The notes below the pieces were generated by a model, which saw nothing but the letters and a program-made list of their open reading frames with translations, had not been told where the DNA came from and did not search any database. A stretch of 64,000 nucleotides of DNA from Vicugna vicugna (Eukaryota): assembly GCA_013265495.1 (NCBI GenBank), contig MU062245.1:1013798-1077797 (forward strand), in the 5' to 3' direction. Below are positions 1 through 11,339 of the stretch, piece after piece (positions within the stretch are counted from its first letter, which is position 1; each line of letters opens with the position of its first letter). The translations under genes were made by a program, and so were the position numbers.

Positions 1-1041
1 CTGGGGCTTCGTCCTAGGTATCTGATCCCACCCATCTCCTCCTCCTCAGACTCCCCCCAACCTTGGCAGGACCAGAGGGCCCTGCACAGGCGCTGCCTGA
101 AGGCTTGGTCCCCGCACATGTAGAGCAGAGGGTTGAGGCAGCCACTGGCCCCCACCAGGCGAGCCCCAGGGGTCTCAGCAGCACACAAACCTCCGTCATG
201 TCTAGCCCGGCCTCTTGCGTCCCCAACCACAGCAACAGAAGCAGCAGGTGGAAGGGGATCGAGCAGAGAAGCAGCATGGCCCCTGTGGCCCAGGGCATCC
301 CCAGCCTGGCCTTTGGGAGGCCGTGGAAGATGCACTGCTCCCTAAAAAAGCCAAACACCAGCTGACTCAGAGCAGGGCGGGAGGGTGGGTGGGGAGGCTC
401 CCCACCGGGCTGAGCCTCTCCCTTGCTGTCCTGTTATAAGGGTCCACTCTGTTCACCTGGCTCCCCAGGGCTGTCAGGGCTGGCGTGCCCAGGACCAGCA
501 GAAAGAGCCAGAACCCACCGCCCCAGAAATCTGCCCTCCGGGCGGCGCGGTGGTTCAGCGCCCAGGTGGGCTGGAGCACAGGGGTGTAGTGGTCGGTGGC
601 CATGTGGGTCAGCAGGCAGCCGCTGGCCTAGAAGGTGAGGAAGGCGAGGCCGGGATCCAGGTGGCAGAAGGTGTCACCCAGGGGCCAGCCGGAGTGAGTC
701 CAGGTGAGGGTCAGAGGCAGGAGGATGGTGAAGGCGGCATCGGTCAGGGCCTGGTGGCCGAACCAGGTGACCGACAGAGGGGAAGGCAGGAGAGGTCCTG
801 CCACTTGGATCACCAGGCTGTGGCTGACCGCCTCCAGGAGGGAGGAGGTGAGGGCGGCCAGGGAGTAGGGGAGGAAGAGGGCAGACCCCAGTGGGCACAG
901 GGCTCCAGCAGGTGACGGCTGCCAAGTCTCTGAAGGGTCCTCCGTGGGCTGAATGGTGCTGTGGGGACCCACAGGTCTCCAGGTTAGCAATTCCCATCCC
1001 CTCAAACTTCTGGTCCTCCATCTCAGGGATGGCCTCACCAT
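1..1041 (-). pseudogene. Decayed single-exon class A GPCR of the chemoattractant receptor family (GPR32/CMKLR1/GPR33/PTGDR2-like); 3' end runs off the window
   Basis: Minus-strand translation gives TM1-like SSLLEAVSHSLVIQVAG, TM2 VTWFGHQALTDAAFTILLP, ECL1/TM3 WPLGDTFCHL..FLTF*ASGCLLTHMATDHY (TAG at 628-630), ICL2 LQPTWALNHRAARRA, TM6 LLLCSIPFHLLLLL and TM7 SGCLNPLLY (NPLLY at 120-134). The segments lie in three frames with stops at 628-630 and 367-369. Confidence 0.88.
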
Positions 1042-1266
1042 CTACCCACATCTGGGGAGCTGGCCCTCCCCATCCTTCCCCTCACCTCCCACAGTCTCAC
1101 TCTGATCCCTCTGCCCTGCCCCCTCCACTCTGTCCGCATCACCCTGGCCCAGCTCTGGCCTCCACCTCACCTGGCTGGACTCTCAGCCTCCTCCTGGTCC
1201 TCCCTGCCTCCAGTCATCCCCTCCAGTCCATCTGAGCCACGGCTCCAGAGTGGACCTGCCCCTTCC

Positions 1267-1330
1267 CCTGCTCACAGGCCTCCCATGGCTCCCCAGTACC
1301 CCTGGCCAAAGTCCCAGCCTCTCAGCCTGG
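1267..1330 (+). repeat. L2-like fragment, copy A of a locally repeated unit
   Basis: 57/64 identical, ungapped, to 4495-4558 (manual alignment); the sequence resembles the L2 3' region. Confidence 0.65.
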
Positions 1331-3340
1331 GGTGGAGACCCTGGGTGGTCTGGCCCACTCTCCCCTGCACCCCTTACCCTGTCCTTATCATCACATCATC
1401 ACATCAAACCATTCCCAGAACTAGCCTGTCGCTCCAGTTCCATGCCCTTCACCCCTGCTGTCCTCCTGCATTCTCTCAGGAAACCTGTATCCTTCAAGGA
1501 CTGCTGGGTCCTGGTTGTGCTAAGCCCCGCGAGACGGCTTCTCTTACCAGCTCCACCTTTCAGACAGAGAATCTGAGGCTCAGCAAGGGACAGGCACTTG
1601 CTCAAAATCAAAACAGGCAAAGCAGAGACCCAGCCTGGATTTGCACTCACACCTGGGATGGGAACACAGGGGGTCCTGCTCTGTTCTCAGACCTCAGCTT
1701 ACACGTTCTGTTCCCTCGTTGTCCTGAGCTCACCAATGAGTGGGAGGCAGGCGTCTTCCAGGGTGTCTGAGCAGGAGCTGGCAGCCTCGTCTCCCCTCGA
1801 GGACCCGAGATGGGGAGGTGTGGGCAGCTCACAAGTGGAGAGAAGTCAGAGGGGCCACCACACAGGGTCTGAGCATGAGCCTCACTCTCCCCATCTGTGG
1901 CCTAAAGGATTAGCTTGTTGGCCTGGGGGCTGTCTTCCCATCACCCCTCCCTCCCCCCACCGCCCCAGGATAAGGTCTGAGCCCTTTAGCCTGGCATTTG
2001 CTGCCCTCCCTGTGGTGGCCCCACCCAATCACCAGCTGCCTAGCTTACCACTTCCCTTTCTTCTGCTCTGGAGTTCCTAGAACAAGTCACATGGTTTCAT
2101 GCACACATGCACACATGCACACACTCAGCCTTTGTCCATGCTATTTCCTCATTCTGGACCACTTTGCCCTATCACTTTGGCCAACAAACTCCTACTCATG
2201 CTTCAAAACCCAAATGAGGGCCACCATCCCCAGAAACCCTTCTCTGACTACTGCTCACCTGACTAAACTAATCAAATATAACCTTCATTGAATGTTGGGT
2301 CTCTGAGACGGGGCTCGAGCTAAGCCAAGGGCAGGAACTAAGTGTTAGTAGTGTTCTATGACCTTCACATGCACCATGTTCATTCATTCTTCCAAGAACC
2401 CTGTGAGGATGGTACTCTTGCTGTCCTCATTTTATCAAGGGGGAAAGCAGAGGCAAACTTACATAACTGAGCCATCATGTAAATGAAACAACTGAGAAAA
2501 GAATCCAGGTTGACTGACTCCAGGATCTGAAGTCTTAACCGTTGGATGATTTTGCCTAAACAAATACATACTGAATGAATAAATGAATGAATCACCTTTG
2601 AACAACCAACCCACACTGCCTCATGGTGTGTTCATAAAATAAATGAACAAATGCATGTATTCCCATCTCCAGATGGCAAACTCAGACATCAATTCCCAAG
2701 GCAAATGTTCCCCTCCTCCAGGAAGCCCTCCCTGACTTTTCCAGTCAGAGTCCTCCTACAGCCTCTTTCCCTTCCACTGATCCCTTTAGTCTCTCCAGAT
2801 TGGAACTGTCTGTGCCTTGTCTCCTATGCCAGCCTGGGAGCCACCCGGAGGGTTGACTCATATCTATGTCCCCAGTACCCCCCAGCTTAGGACCAGGTGC
2901 TCAGGAGGCCTCAGGAAATATTTGCTTTTACATCCAATGGTCTGGAGACAGACCAGCAGGAAGATGAGGTTAAAAGCTAACCTCCATATAGGATCCGCCC
3001 AAGGGATCCCCATCACCCTCCCCGCTGTTCCTTAACCGTCCGTCACACTCCCGCCTTCAGGCCTTTGCACTCGCTGTGCCCCCTGCCTAGGATGCCCTTT
3101 CCCACGCACCCTCCTAGTCAGCCTCATATCATTCAGACCTCTGCTCAAGGTCCCCTCTTCCAAGTGTCTGACAGCGGCCCCCCTCATCACTTGCTCTCCT
3201 CTCAACCCTCCTCTTTTCCCCGCCGTAGCACTGATGATCATGTATTGGTTTTCATTTTTGACTTTGTTTAATTGTCTTCACCCCTCTCCCCTGCCCCAAT
3301 GCTGGAATGGAGAAATTCCATAGAAGTCGGGGTTTTCGCC

Positions 3341-3435
3341 CTGGAACTTTGTCCATTGCCACTGGGGAGCCATGGAAGGTGTGTGAGCAGAAGAGGGGTA
3401 GGGTCAACAGTGGGTTTAGAAGGACCCCTCTGGGG
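3341..3435 (-). repeat. L2-like fragment, left arm of a 95-bp inverted repeat
   Basis: Its reverse complement matches 4451-4545 at 82/95, ungapped (manual alignment). Confidence 0.75.
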
Positions 3436-3539
3436 CCTCGTGGGGGTGGGTAGAGACTATGCCTGGCACATAGTAGGTGCTCAAAGAATATTGCTGAATA
3501 AATGGATGGATGAGTGTGAGTAGGGAACTCCACGCCCAC

Positions 3540-3971
3540 TGTAGTAGGGAGATTCATGGCCCCAAATGTGTCCATGGCCTAATTCCCGGAACCTGTGCGG
3601 AAGTCACCTTATATGGCAAAGGGGAATGAAGGCTAGAATGAAGACTGCTAGTCAGACGACCCTAAAAGAGGGAAATGGTCCTGGATTATCCAGGTCAGCC
3701 CATTATAGTCACCAGCATCCTGATACGTGGAAGAAGGAGGAAGAGAGAGATTGGAAGACGCTACCTGCGGGCTTTGTAGACTGAGGATGGAGTCGTGAGC
3801 CATGAAAAGGGGCAGCCTCCAGGAGCTGGGAAAGAAAAAGAGATGGAGTCTCCTCTAGAGCCCAGAGACACCTATTTAGGACCTCTGACCCCCAGAATCA
3901 TGAGCTAAATGTGTGTTGCTTTAATTTACCAAAGTGGGAACTTGTTACAGCAGCCATAGCAAACCAACACA
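3540..3971 (+). mobile_element. MaLR solo LTR (MLT1-type)
   Basis: Starts TGTAGTAGG, contains tgtgtccatggcctaattcccggaacctgtg..gtcaccttatatggcaaaggg, and ends ttgttacagcagccatagcaaaccaacaca, all typical MLT1 hallmarks. Confidence 0.8.
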
Positions 3972-4450
3972 CCCATTTCCTAGACTGGCAGTTGGAGGCT
4001 CTCTGAAGGCCACACAATCAACTGGTGAGTTTGTTTCTGGGGTCAGAGAGGGTAGGAAGTTGGGGACAGGCCTTGGGGATAGGGGAGGTCTGGACCCAGG
4101 ATGGTCAAAAGACAGGCTTGGAGGGAGTGGCCAGGCTATAGGGGGAGGGGTGGGTCCAGTGGTAGGGAATAGGAAGGAGCGGGTTCAGGGAGAGGCTGTG
4201 GTTCTCTGCTCTGCCAGGCTTCAACCTGTGGCTTCTGTTGAGGGATTGGGGGTAGGGGTGGTGAGAGGAGGGGAGAGGAGAGGGGTAACCATCACCAGCC
4301 TCTGCCTACATTCACTCCCTCCCTCCCCACTTTCTGCTTCTCACCGCACCCCCCTTCTCCATCCCGCAGCCTGGCCCTGCTCAGGCCTATTCCTCTTTCC
4401 CTAGACCCTTCCCCTCAGTCTTCTCTTGGTCTCTGTCCACCCCTACAGGT

Positions 4451-4558
4451 CCCCAGAGGGGCCTTTCTATACCCAGGGTTGACACTACCCCTCTCCTGCT
4501 CACACACCTCCCATGGCTCCCCAGTGCCCCTGGACAAAATCCCAGACCCTCAGCCTGG
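4451..4558 (+). repeat. L2-like fragment, right arm of the inverted repeat (copy B)
   Basis: 82/95 to the reverse complement of 3341-3435; 57/64 to 1267-1330. Confidence 0.75.
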
Positions 4559-6249
4559 TCCTCCACTGTGGTCCATCAGAGCCCCCAGTTCTACCTCCCA
4601 TAGGTTTCCCCTTGAGCTCTGGGCACCACAGACCTGGTACTGCTCTGTCACAGCCATGACCACCTTGGTTCTCACCATCCATGCCCATCTCTGCTGCCAG
4701 CCTGTGGCCTCTTTGAGATCCGGGACCTAGTCTGACTCCTCCAGAGTCCCCAGCATCACACCCCTCTCCAGAGAGGAAGCATATGAGGAGGTCCTCATTT
4801 TCAAGTGAATGATTCCATTAATACTCTATAAACCCAGGTCAATGGTTAGTATGAGACAGAGAAGGGTGAGACAGGACATCATTCATCACAGAACACATCC
4901 CAGGCATGAAGGACACAGAAGCAATGAAGCAGACAAGAGTGCAAGGCTGTCATGTTGCCCTTCCTTTATTTTATTCCACATGAACGAGATTGGGAACCAG
5001 GAGACCCACAGCACAGCTGGCTAGGACTCCCATGGTGCTGAGTTTGAATCCCAACCCTGACATCTTGACCCCGCCTGAGACCTCGAGCAAGTAAGTCTCC
5101 ACCCCAGCAAGGCTGCACGAGGATAAGAAAGCATTCAGGTGCTCAGGCAACAGGAATAGAATCTATGACTTGGCAGCCGCAGGGGGAAGGTTTCAGGTGT
5201 CAGGGGGTGACAGCTATTTTCCGACACTTGAAGACAGTCTGTCTGTCTCCCACGGCTGGGAACAGCTCAAACCAGGCCAGGTTAGGGGCGCCCCCCGCCC
5301 TCCTTGCTGAGAGAAACAGAGGTAGTGATTAAGAGCACGTAATTGCCTCCCTCCTGCCTGGGAGGTAAATATCTTTCTGTGGGAGCCTGCTGTTCGGGAC
5401 TGTCTTTTCTAGGCTGTGAGCATAGAGGCAGCCGTTGTCAGGCACGCTTGGATCCCAGGGGATGGGGGAGATTTGTACCTACTGTGTGCTCGGTCAGAAC
5501 TTATAGAGACAGAATATTGTGTGGAAGTGGAGACTGTGGGCTCTGAAGGATAGAGAATGTCAGCCCCTCCTCTGGAAGGTTGGCCCCTCCCACTCGAGTG
5601 TCAGCTCCTCCCCCAGAATGTTGGCTCCTCCCCATTCAAATATAGGTCCCGCCCACAGGAATGTCTGTGCCTCCAAGGTGGGGGTCTTTCTCTCCTTCAC
5701 CTTTCTGACTTTAGTACCATTCCTCTGACAGCCAATCAATAAACATAATTGGATGGATTAGTGGGGTCAGACTGCTCAAGTCCTGACTACCACTGACTTG
5801 CTGTGTGACCTCTGGTGAGTGACTTTACCTCTCTGAGTTTCAAATTGCTTCATCAATGGGCATGATCAGAGTAGCGCTCTCACAGTGTCAAAATGCTGAT
5901 TTCGGGAGTCCACAGGTTTATAAAGCTTCGGACAGGACCTGGTGCCCAGAACATGATCAATACCTGTGAGCTGTCCTTTTGGGATGAATGAAGGAGTGAA
6001 TCTATTCCTTGAGTTCTCATAGAAATCATATTAGAGAAGGATTTTCAGTCCCTATTTGACGGAGTAAGAATCTGAGGTTTAGGGCGTCTTCCACCCCCAC
6101 CCCCATCACTGACGCTGATCAAGGAAATGCTGATTCCCTCACCGGGCCACGCCGAGAGGCTGTGCTTTCTCTGGGTCTCTAAACCTACCTTACCAACCAT
6201 GACGGTTACTCTCCAGTCAAAGACCAAGATCTCCCCCAAGAGATTCTGG

Positions 6250-7480
6250 CAGCGGCTGTGAAAACCACAGTCTCCTTGAAAGACTACTTAACCACATTCA
6301 TTAGAAAATCAATGCAAATTAAAAACCTCACCGGGATCCCACTATTCTCTGAGAAGGCGGGGAGATCAAAGAAGCTGACAGTGTGGTTGCGTTGGCGAAG
6401 CTTTGGGAAACTGCCTTTCCAAGAGCGCTGTGGCGGAGTCTGGCAATATCTAACACATCCTCTGACCCTGCCAGTCCCCGAGGAAAGATCTATTCTAACA
6501 GATGACAAGAGTGATAATAGCAAACACACCACATCTCCAAGGGGCCAGGCACCGAACTAAGTTCCTTACCCACATTAATTTAGCATGTAATCATCACAGC
6601 GACTTTTTGAGGGATGTACTGTTAGATCGCCATTTCACACAGGTGGAAACTGAGGCATGGAGAGTGGAAGCAACTAGATCATGGTCACCCAGCTATAAGC
6701 AGTCGTCTTCTTGGAGTGTCCACTGAAGTTCACAAGGACAAATGTAAAAGAATATTATTGTTGGAGACAGAGAATGAGAGAACCAGTTTCTTCACATTAT
6801 TCACTTTTTTCTTTTTTGTTAATTTCCTCATTATTATCTATCTATGCTTTCTTTCAGATTTTACTGCATTCATTTTATTGTGCTTTATCTAGCCTCTTGA
6901 ATTGTTCGCTTTGCTCATCTCCTTTCAAATTAGCATTTTTCTAATTAGCATTCGAAGCTATAGCTTTTCCTCAGAGTATAACTTTGGCCCTACTTCACAA
7001 GTTTTGTTGTGTAGAGTGCTCATTTCTAAATAAATGGCACTCCAGTTTCATTCTTCCATTTAATCCATGAGTTACCTAGAGGGTGTTTTGAAATGTGCAA
7101 AGCAATCTGAGTGTTTGTGGTTATTCTTTGTTATTATTTTCTCATTTTGAATGTAGTCCGTATTACTTCTTCTTTTGGAAATCAACCTGTGCTGTGTTTG
7201 TGACCCATAGTACACTGTTGTGGTGGGGGGGTGGGGAGAATATCATTGCAGGACTCTGATTTTTTTTTTAATACTGTGAAGTCCATTATTGGGACAACTA
7301 GTAAATTTGAATATAGATTGTTTATTAGACAATGTCAATGTTACAGTTCTTGAAGGTGGTGTTGATACTATGGTTGTGCTGGAGAAATGGCCTTGTTCTT
7401 AAGAGACACAGATTAAAGAATTTACAGGTGAAATATCTTAAAGTCTGCACATACTTTCAAAAAGTTCAACATTTTTTAGA
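6250..7480. mobile_element. Old L1 fragments (ORF2 and 3' pieces, both orientations) with an interspersed MIR
   Basis: aaatcaatgcaaattaaaaac..gggaaactg..ggcaatatct resembles the L1 ORF2 end; T-rich minus-strand L1 at about 6760-7200; L1M 3' UTR motif gttaatgttacagttcttgaaggtggtgttgatactatggtt near 7330. Boundaries approximate. Confidence 0.6.
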
Positions 7481-8459
7481 GGTGCCTCTGATCAACAACT
7501 GTGATGAGAGTTCCTTCCCTCAGCCTCCCAGACTTCACATCTCCCAGGGGGTCTGTTCATCACTTGGGTGTACCGTGGTATGTACATATGTATGTATGTA
7601 GAGAGATTAGATAGACAGGTGTATATTTAAAGAGAAGAGAGAAATACACAGATAAGTAGAGAGAGAGGAAAGGCTGACAGAGACAAAGACAGAAATAGAA
7701 CAATAGGGAAATATACCAACAAGGAGAAAGAGAAAGGAAGAGACAGGGGAGGGAAAATATATGAGAATGGGCAAATATTAACATTTGATAGATTTAGTTG
7801 AAAGGTACATTGCATTATTCTTGTAACTGTAGATTTGAAAAGTTTCAAATGAAAAATTTGAAAGGAAAAAGGCAAGGCAAAAAATTACCAATAAACATTA
7901 GGGTAGAGATCATTTTTAAAGGAGATAGAAGAGTGTTTGGGAGTGGGAGGGAGAGGAGTGCTGGGTTGGCTGACAGTGTTCTATTCCACAGCCTGTGAAG
8001 TTGCATGAATGTTCACTCTGTGATAAGTCAATTCCTCCACTCTTGTTTCTGTGTTGTTTGGAATGGGTTATATTGAATAATTTTTAAGTTTCAATAATAT
8101 CATTGAAGCATTTTCAAAGCAAGCTAAATGCCCATCAATGGGGGATGGGTAAAATACCTTTGCATCCAAACCAGGAAATATTTGACAACCAGCACTGAAA
8201 AATTACGTCAGATTTCATGTAGTGTATGCAACCATCTCCGAAATATCCTTTTAATAAAACACACACGCACACACAATGTAAGATAATGTAAACACATGTT
8301 CTGTTTGAGACCAAAATGCTTATGCATGCATGCCGAGGATACCTGGAAGGATACACAAGAAACTGACAACAGTCTCTGGTGAAAAAAGATGGAATGGAGG
8401 GTCTGGAAGGAGTGGAAGAATCATTTTCTTTTTTACTATGTGCCTACATTAAAGTTTTT

Positions 8460-8581
8460 GGGGGGAGGGGCAAGTAATTATGTTTATTTATTTATTTTTT
8501 TTATTTTTAGAGGAGGTACTGGGGATTGAGCCCAGGACCTTATGCATGCTAAGCATGTACTCTTCCACTGAGCTATATCCC
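8460..8581 (-). mobile_element. tRNA-Ala-derived SINE (camelid Vic-1-like)
   Basis: Reverse complement GGGATATAGCTCAGTGG (A box)..CATGCTTAGCATGCA..GGGCTCAATCCCC (B box), A-rich tail; taaagtttt is repeated on both flanks (TSD). Confidence 0.9.
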
Positions 8582-8899
8582 TAAAGTTTTGTTTTTTAAT
8601 AAATCATTTTCCCCAGCTTATTTTTTAAGGTGCTTCTATCCTCCATAATATTTGGACATTGTATCATTTCATCTTCTCGTCATCCATGAAATATGAAAGC
8701 ATTTGGTCCAGTATTACAGAGAGAACCGAGGCTCTGAGTGGGGAGTTCTTAGGGCTAATCAGAGCAGGACCAGAGCCATTTCTTCTGATTATGAACAAGT
8801 AGCATGATAGCTTTTGGTTCAGGTTTTTAAAAATGTTTGCCTCTACCTAGAACCAAGGGAATTGTCCACTGTTACCAGGGACCACTTGGATTTCTGTTC

Positions 8900-9900
8900 C
8901 TGGAAAAGAGTATTTATTATACACATCAGTAGGGCTGCTATGGGTTTCAAGTAACAGAAAACCTGATTCCAAACGGCTTCAACAATAAGGAAATTTATTA
9001 CGTTGCTCACACAAGTTCCAAAGGTTGGCAGCATAATAGTTAAGGTATAGATTCAGCTGCTATAACAGAGACACAAAATAACAGTCACTTCAGTGAACTA
9101 GAAGTCAAAGTCTCTCTCTTCACAGCATGGATGTAAGCATTCCAGGGCTGGTAAGGGGACACAGTCACTTTCCATATGGTTCACCACTGCAAATGCTGTG
9201 GCAGGTTGCAAAAATGGCCCCAGTTCTGCACACCTTCCTGTATCTATGCTCCTTTGTGATGTCACTTTGCAGATTTTCCCCTTGGGAGGTGGAATCTATT
9301 TCCCCACCCTTGAAATTTGTCACATTGTACAAAGTGCCAAGTGTAGATCTTATGCTCCCCCCCTTCCTCTTGGAACCTTCTGCAGCCACCATGTGAAGAA
9401 GCCCCAGTTAGCCTGCAGGACAATGAGAGCCATAGTTCTATCTGTTTCATCATCCTAGCTGATGGTCAGCCACTCCTCTCAGAGACAAAATTACTTAGCT
9501 CACCCATAGCTGACTACAATGCCTGAGGAAACTCAGCCAAAACAAAAAATTGCTCAGCTGAGCCCAGACCAAATTGATGACCCAAAGAAATCATAAAAGG
9601 TTATGATTTTAATCCTGTAAGTTTGGAGATGTTTGTTACACTGCAAAGCTAACTGATACATCAGCATTCTAGACAATGAAAAGGGGGAAATGGAGGAATG
9701 GAGGGCAGGCACCTTTCCATTAAGGGTACTTCAAGGAAGTTACAGTGATTAATTTTACTCACAACCTATTGGCCAGAAACCAGTCACATGGCCTTACCTA
9801 GTTGCAAGGGGCAAAGGAAAATGTTTCTCTGGCTAACCATGTGCATAGTTTAAAACAAATTAGGAGTCTTACCATAAAGGAAGGGTTAGAATGGATACTG
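8900..9900. mobile_element. Cluster of old MaLR (MLT1) LTR fragments
   Basis: Motifs gttgcaagtaacagaaaacc, gtcaggtatagattcagctgctataacagag, gcagccaccatgtgaagaagccc, agtcacatggccttacctagttgcaagggg. Boundaries approximate. Confidence 0.55.
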
Positions 9901-10020
9901 GGGAAATACTAGATGTCTTTAATGGAGAGATTTAGATAAGAGATCTCCAGGAAGACTTCCTGAAAGAAGAGGCAGGATTTGACAGATTCTTGGAAGTCAG
10001 CCTAGGGAAAGGGCTGCAAA

Positions 10021-11051
10021 CTAAGCAGGAGGGTTTCCAGGTTTTACCTGAAGGTTTCCATTATCTCCCGAAGGCTTCAACTCAGGGACAGGCTGACTGA
10101 GAAACCCATCCTCACCAAATGCTCTGGCCAGAGCAAAAGGCAAAGACTGGAAAATTTTTTCTTGGAAATCTCTGCCAACAAAGACATAGAGGAAAGTGTT
10201 GAGGCTGCTGTTGAAACAACCCAGGGAGAATATAGCCCAGACGATAAGCAGCATCCTGGGGTCGGATTCCTTTTGCTCTAACAATTGGACCAAGCGCACC
10301 ATGTTAAATGGGAACCAGGAGATGAAAAAGGCACTCACCAACACCAGCAGCAACCTCTTTGGTCGGCTAACATGGACCCAGCCCTCCCGCCGGAGCCTGG
10401 TGCAGATGAGGTGAGCACAGGTACCAATGATCGCCAAGGGTACAAGAAACCCAGCAGGAAGCGAATGACAGTCTTAGTCACTTGCCTCCCCCAAACTACT
10501 GGCTTCCAATCCTGGGAGTTCTCCTCCCCCTTATTGTCTATGTCGAACTTGAAGTAGCAGTAGAAACATTCTTTCAGTGTTCCAGTTGTCTGGAATTTCA
10601 AGTACGGAGAAGAAGCAACAGTAGCCAGGGGCCACATGCCAACAGCCAGCCAGGTTGCCCACTGTACGGTGTGGTGGTTTCATGACCAGACAGGGTAGAT
10701 GACAGAGATGCAATGGTCCACAGAGATGAGGACCAGGAGGCAGACACTGGTAAAGAAGTTGAAGGTCAAGAAGGCCATGTAGAGCTTGCAGGCCAATTTG
10801 CTGAGGAACCACTGGCCACTGGCTATGGTGTGTATGCGATGGGCAGGGACAGTGAGAAAGAAGTTGTCAAGGGCCAGGTTAAAGAACCACATGGTAGTGA
10901 CAGTGCAGGCCAGTCGGAAAACTGTCATCCAGAGCACCAGCCCGTTGACCACTATACCAACCACAAAGGACACAGACATAATGGCCATGGTCAGCTGGCG
11001 GAGGCACCCCACCTCCTCAGGATGGCATTTGGAAGCAGAGGTAGAATTCAT
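10021..11051 (-). pseudogene. GPR32: GPR32 orthologue (G-protein coupled receptor 32), disrupted
   Basis: Colinear with human GPR32 as I recall it: RKMNS..EEVG.LR.LT..I.S..VVG...NGLVLWMTVFR, ACKLY, ISVDHCISV.YPVW, LAIIGTCAHLI, REGWVH..RPKRLLLVLVSAFF, GRDFQEK.FQSL..ALARAFGE. In-frame TGA at 10680-10682, 1-nt frameshift near 10443, terminal TAG at 10021-10023. The MNS ATG is at 11049-11051; an out-of-frame upstream ATG at 11137-11139 resembles the human first ATG. Confidence 0.93.
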
Positions 11052-11339
11052 CTTTCTAGAATAGGAAGGACCATATGTTAGTGCTATGTTACCATTCACT
11101 GCTTTTCAGAGCCCAGGGCTCCCTCTGACACCCCTTCATTTAATATATTTTTATTGAATGCTTATTATGTCACTCTGATATTGCTCTCTGTCCCAGAAGT
11201 GAGTCATGTAACAAAACAGACTCTCCTAGAACTTACATCCTAATGGGCAACATCAGATGGGAAACACAATACATATAATAAATAAAACCATGATATACTA
11301 CTTTAGAAGATTAAAAGTGCTGAGGGGAAAAATAAGGAG

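Noticed and set aside
5085-5100. CAA|GTAAGT donor-like site
   Set aside because: Lies in a MIR core-like segment, on the strand opposite to the nearby GPCR, with no upstream exon.
11052-11099. GTG-initiated extension MNGNIALTY.. of GPR32
   Set aside because: The ORF finder used a GTG start; the first in-frame ATG is at 11051, and the upstream ATG at 11139 is out of frame and hits a stop.
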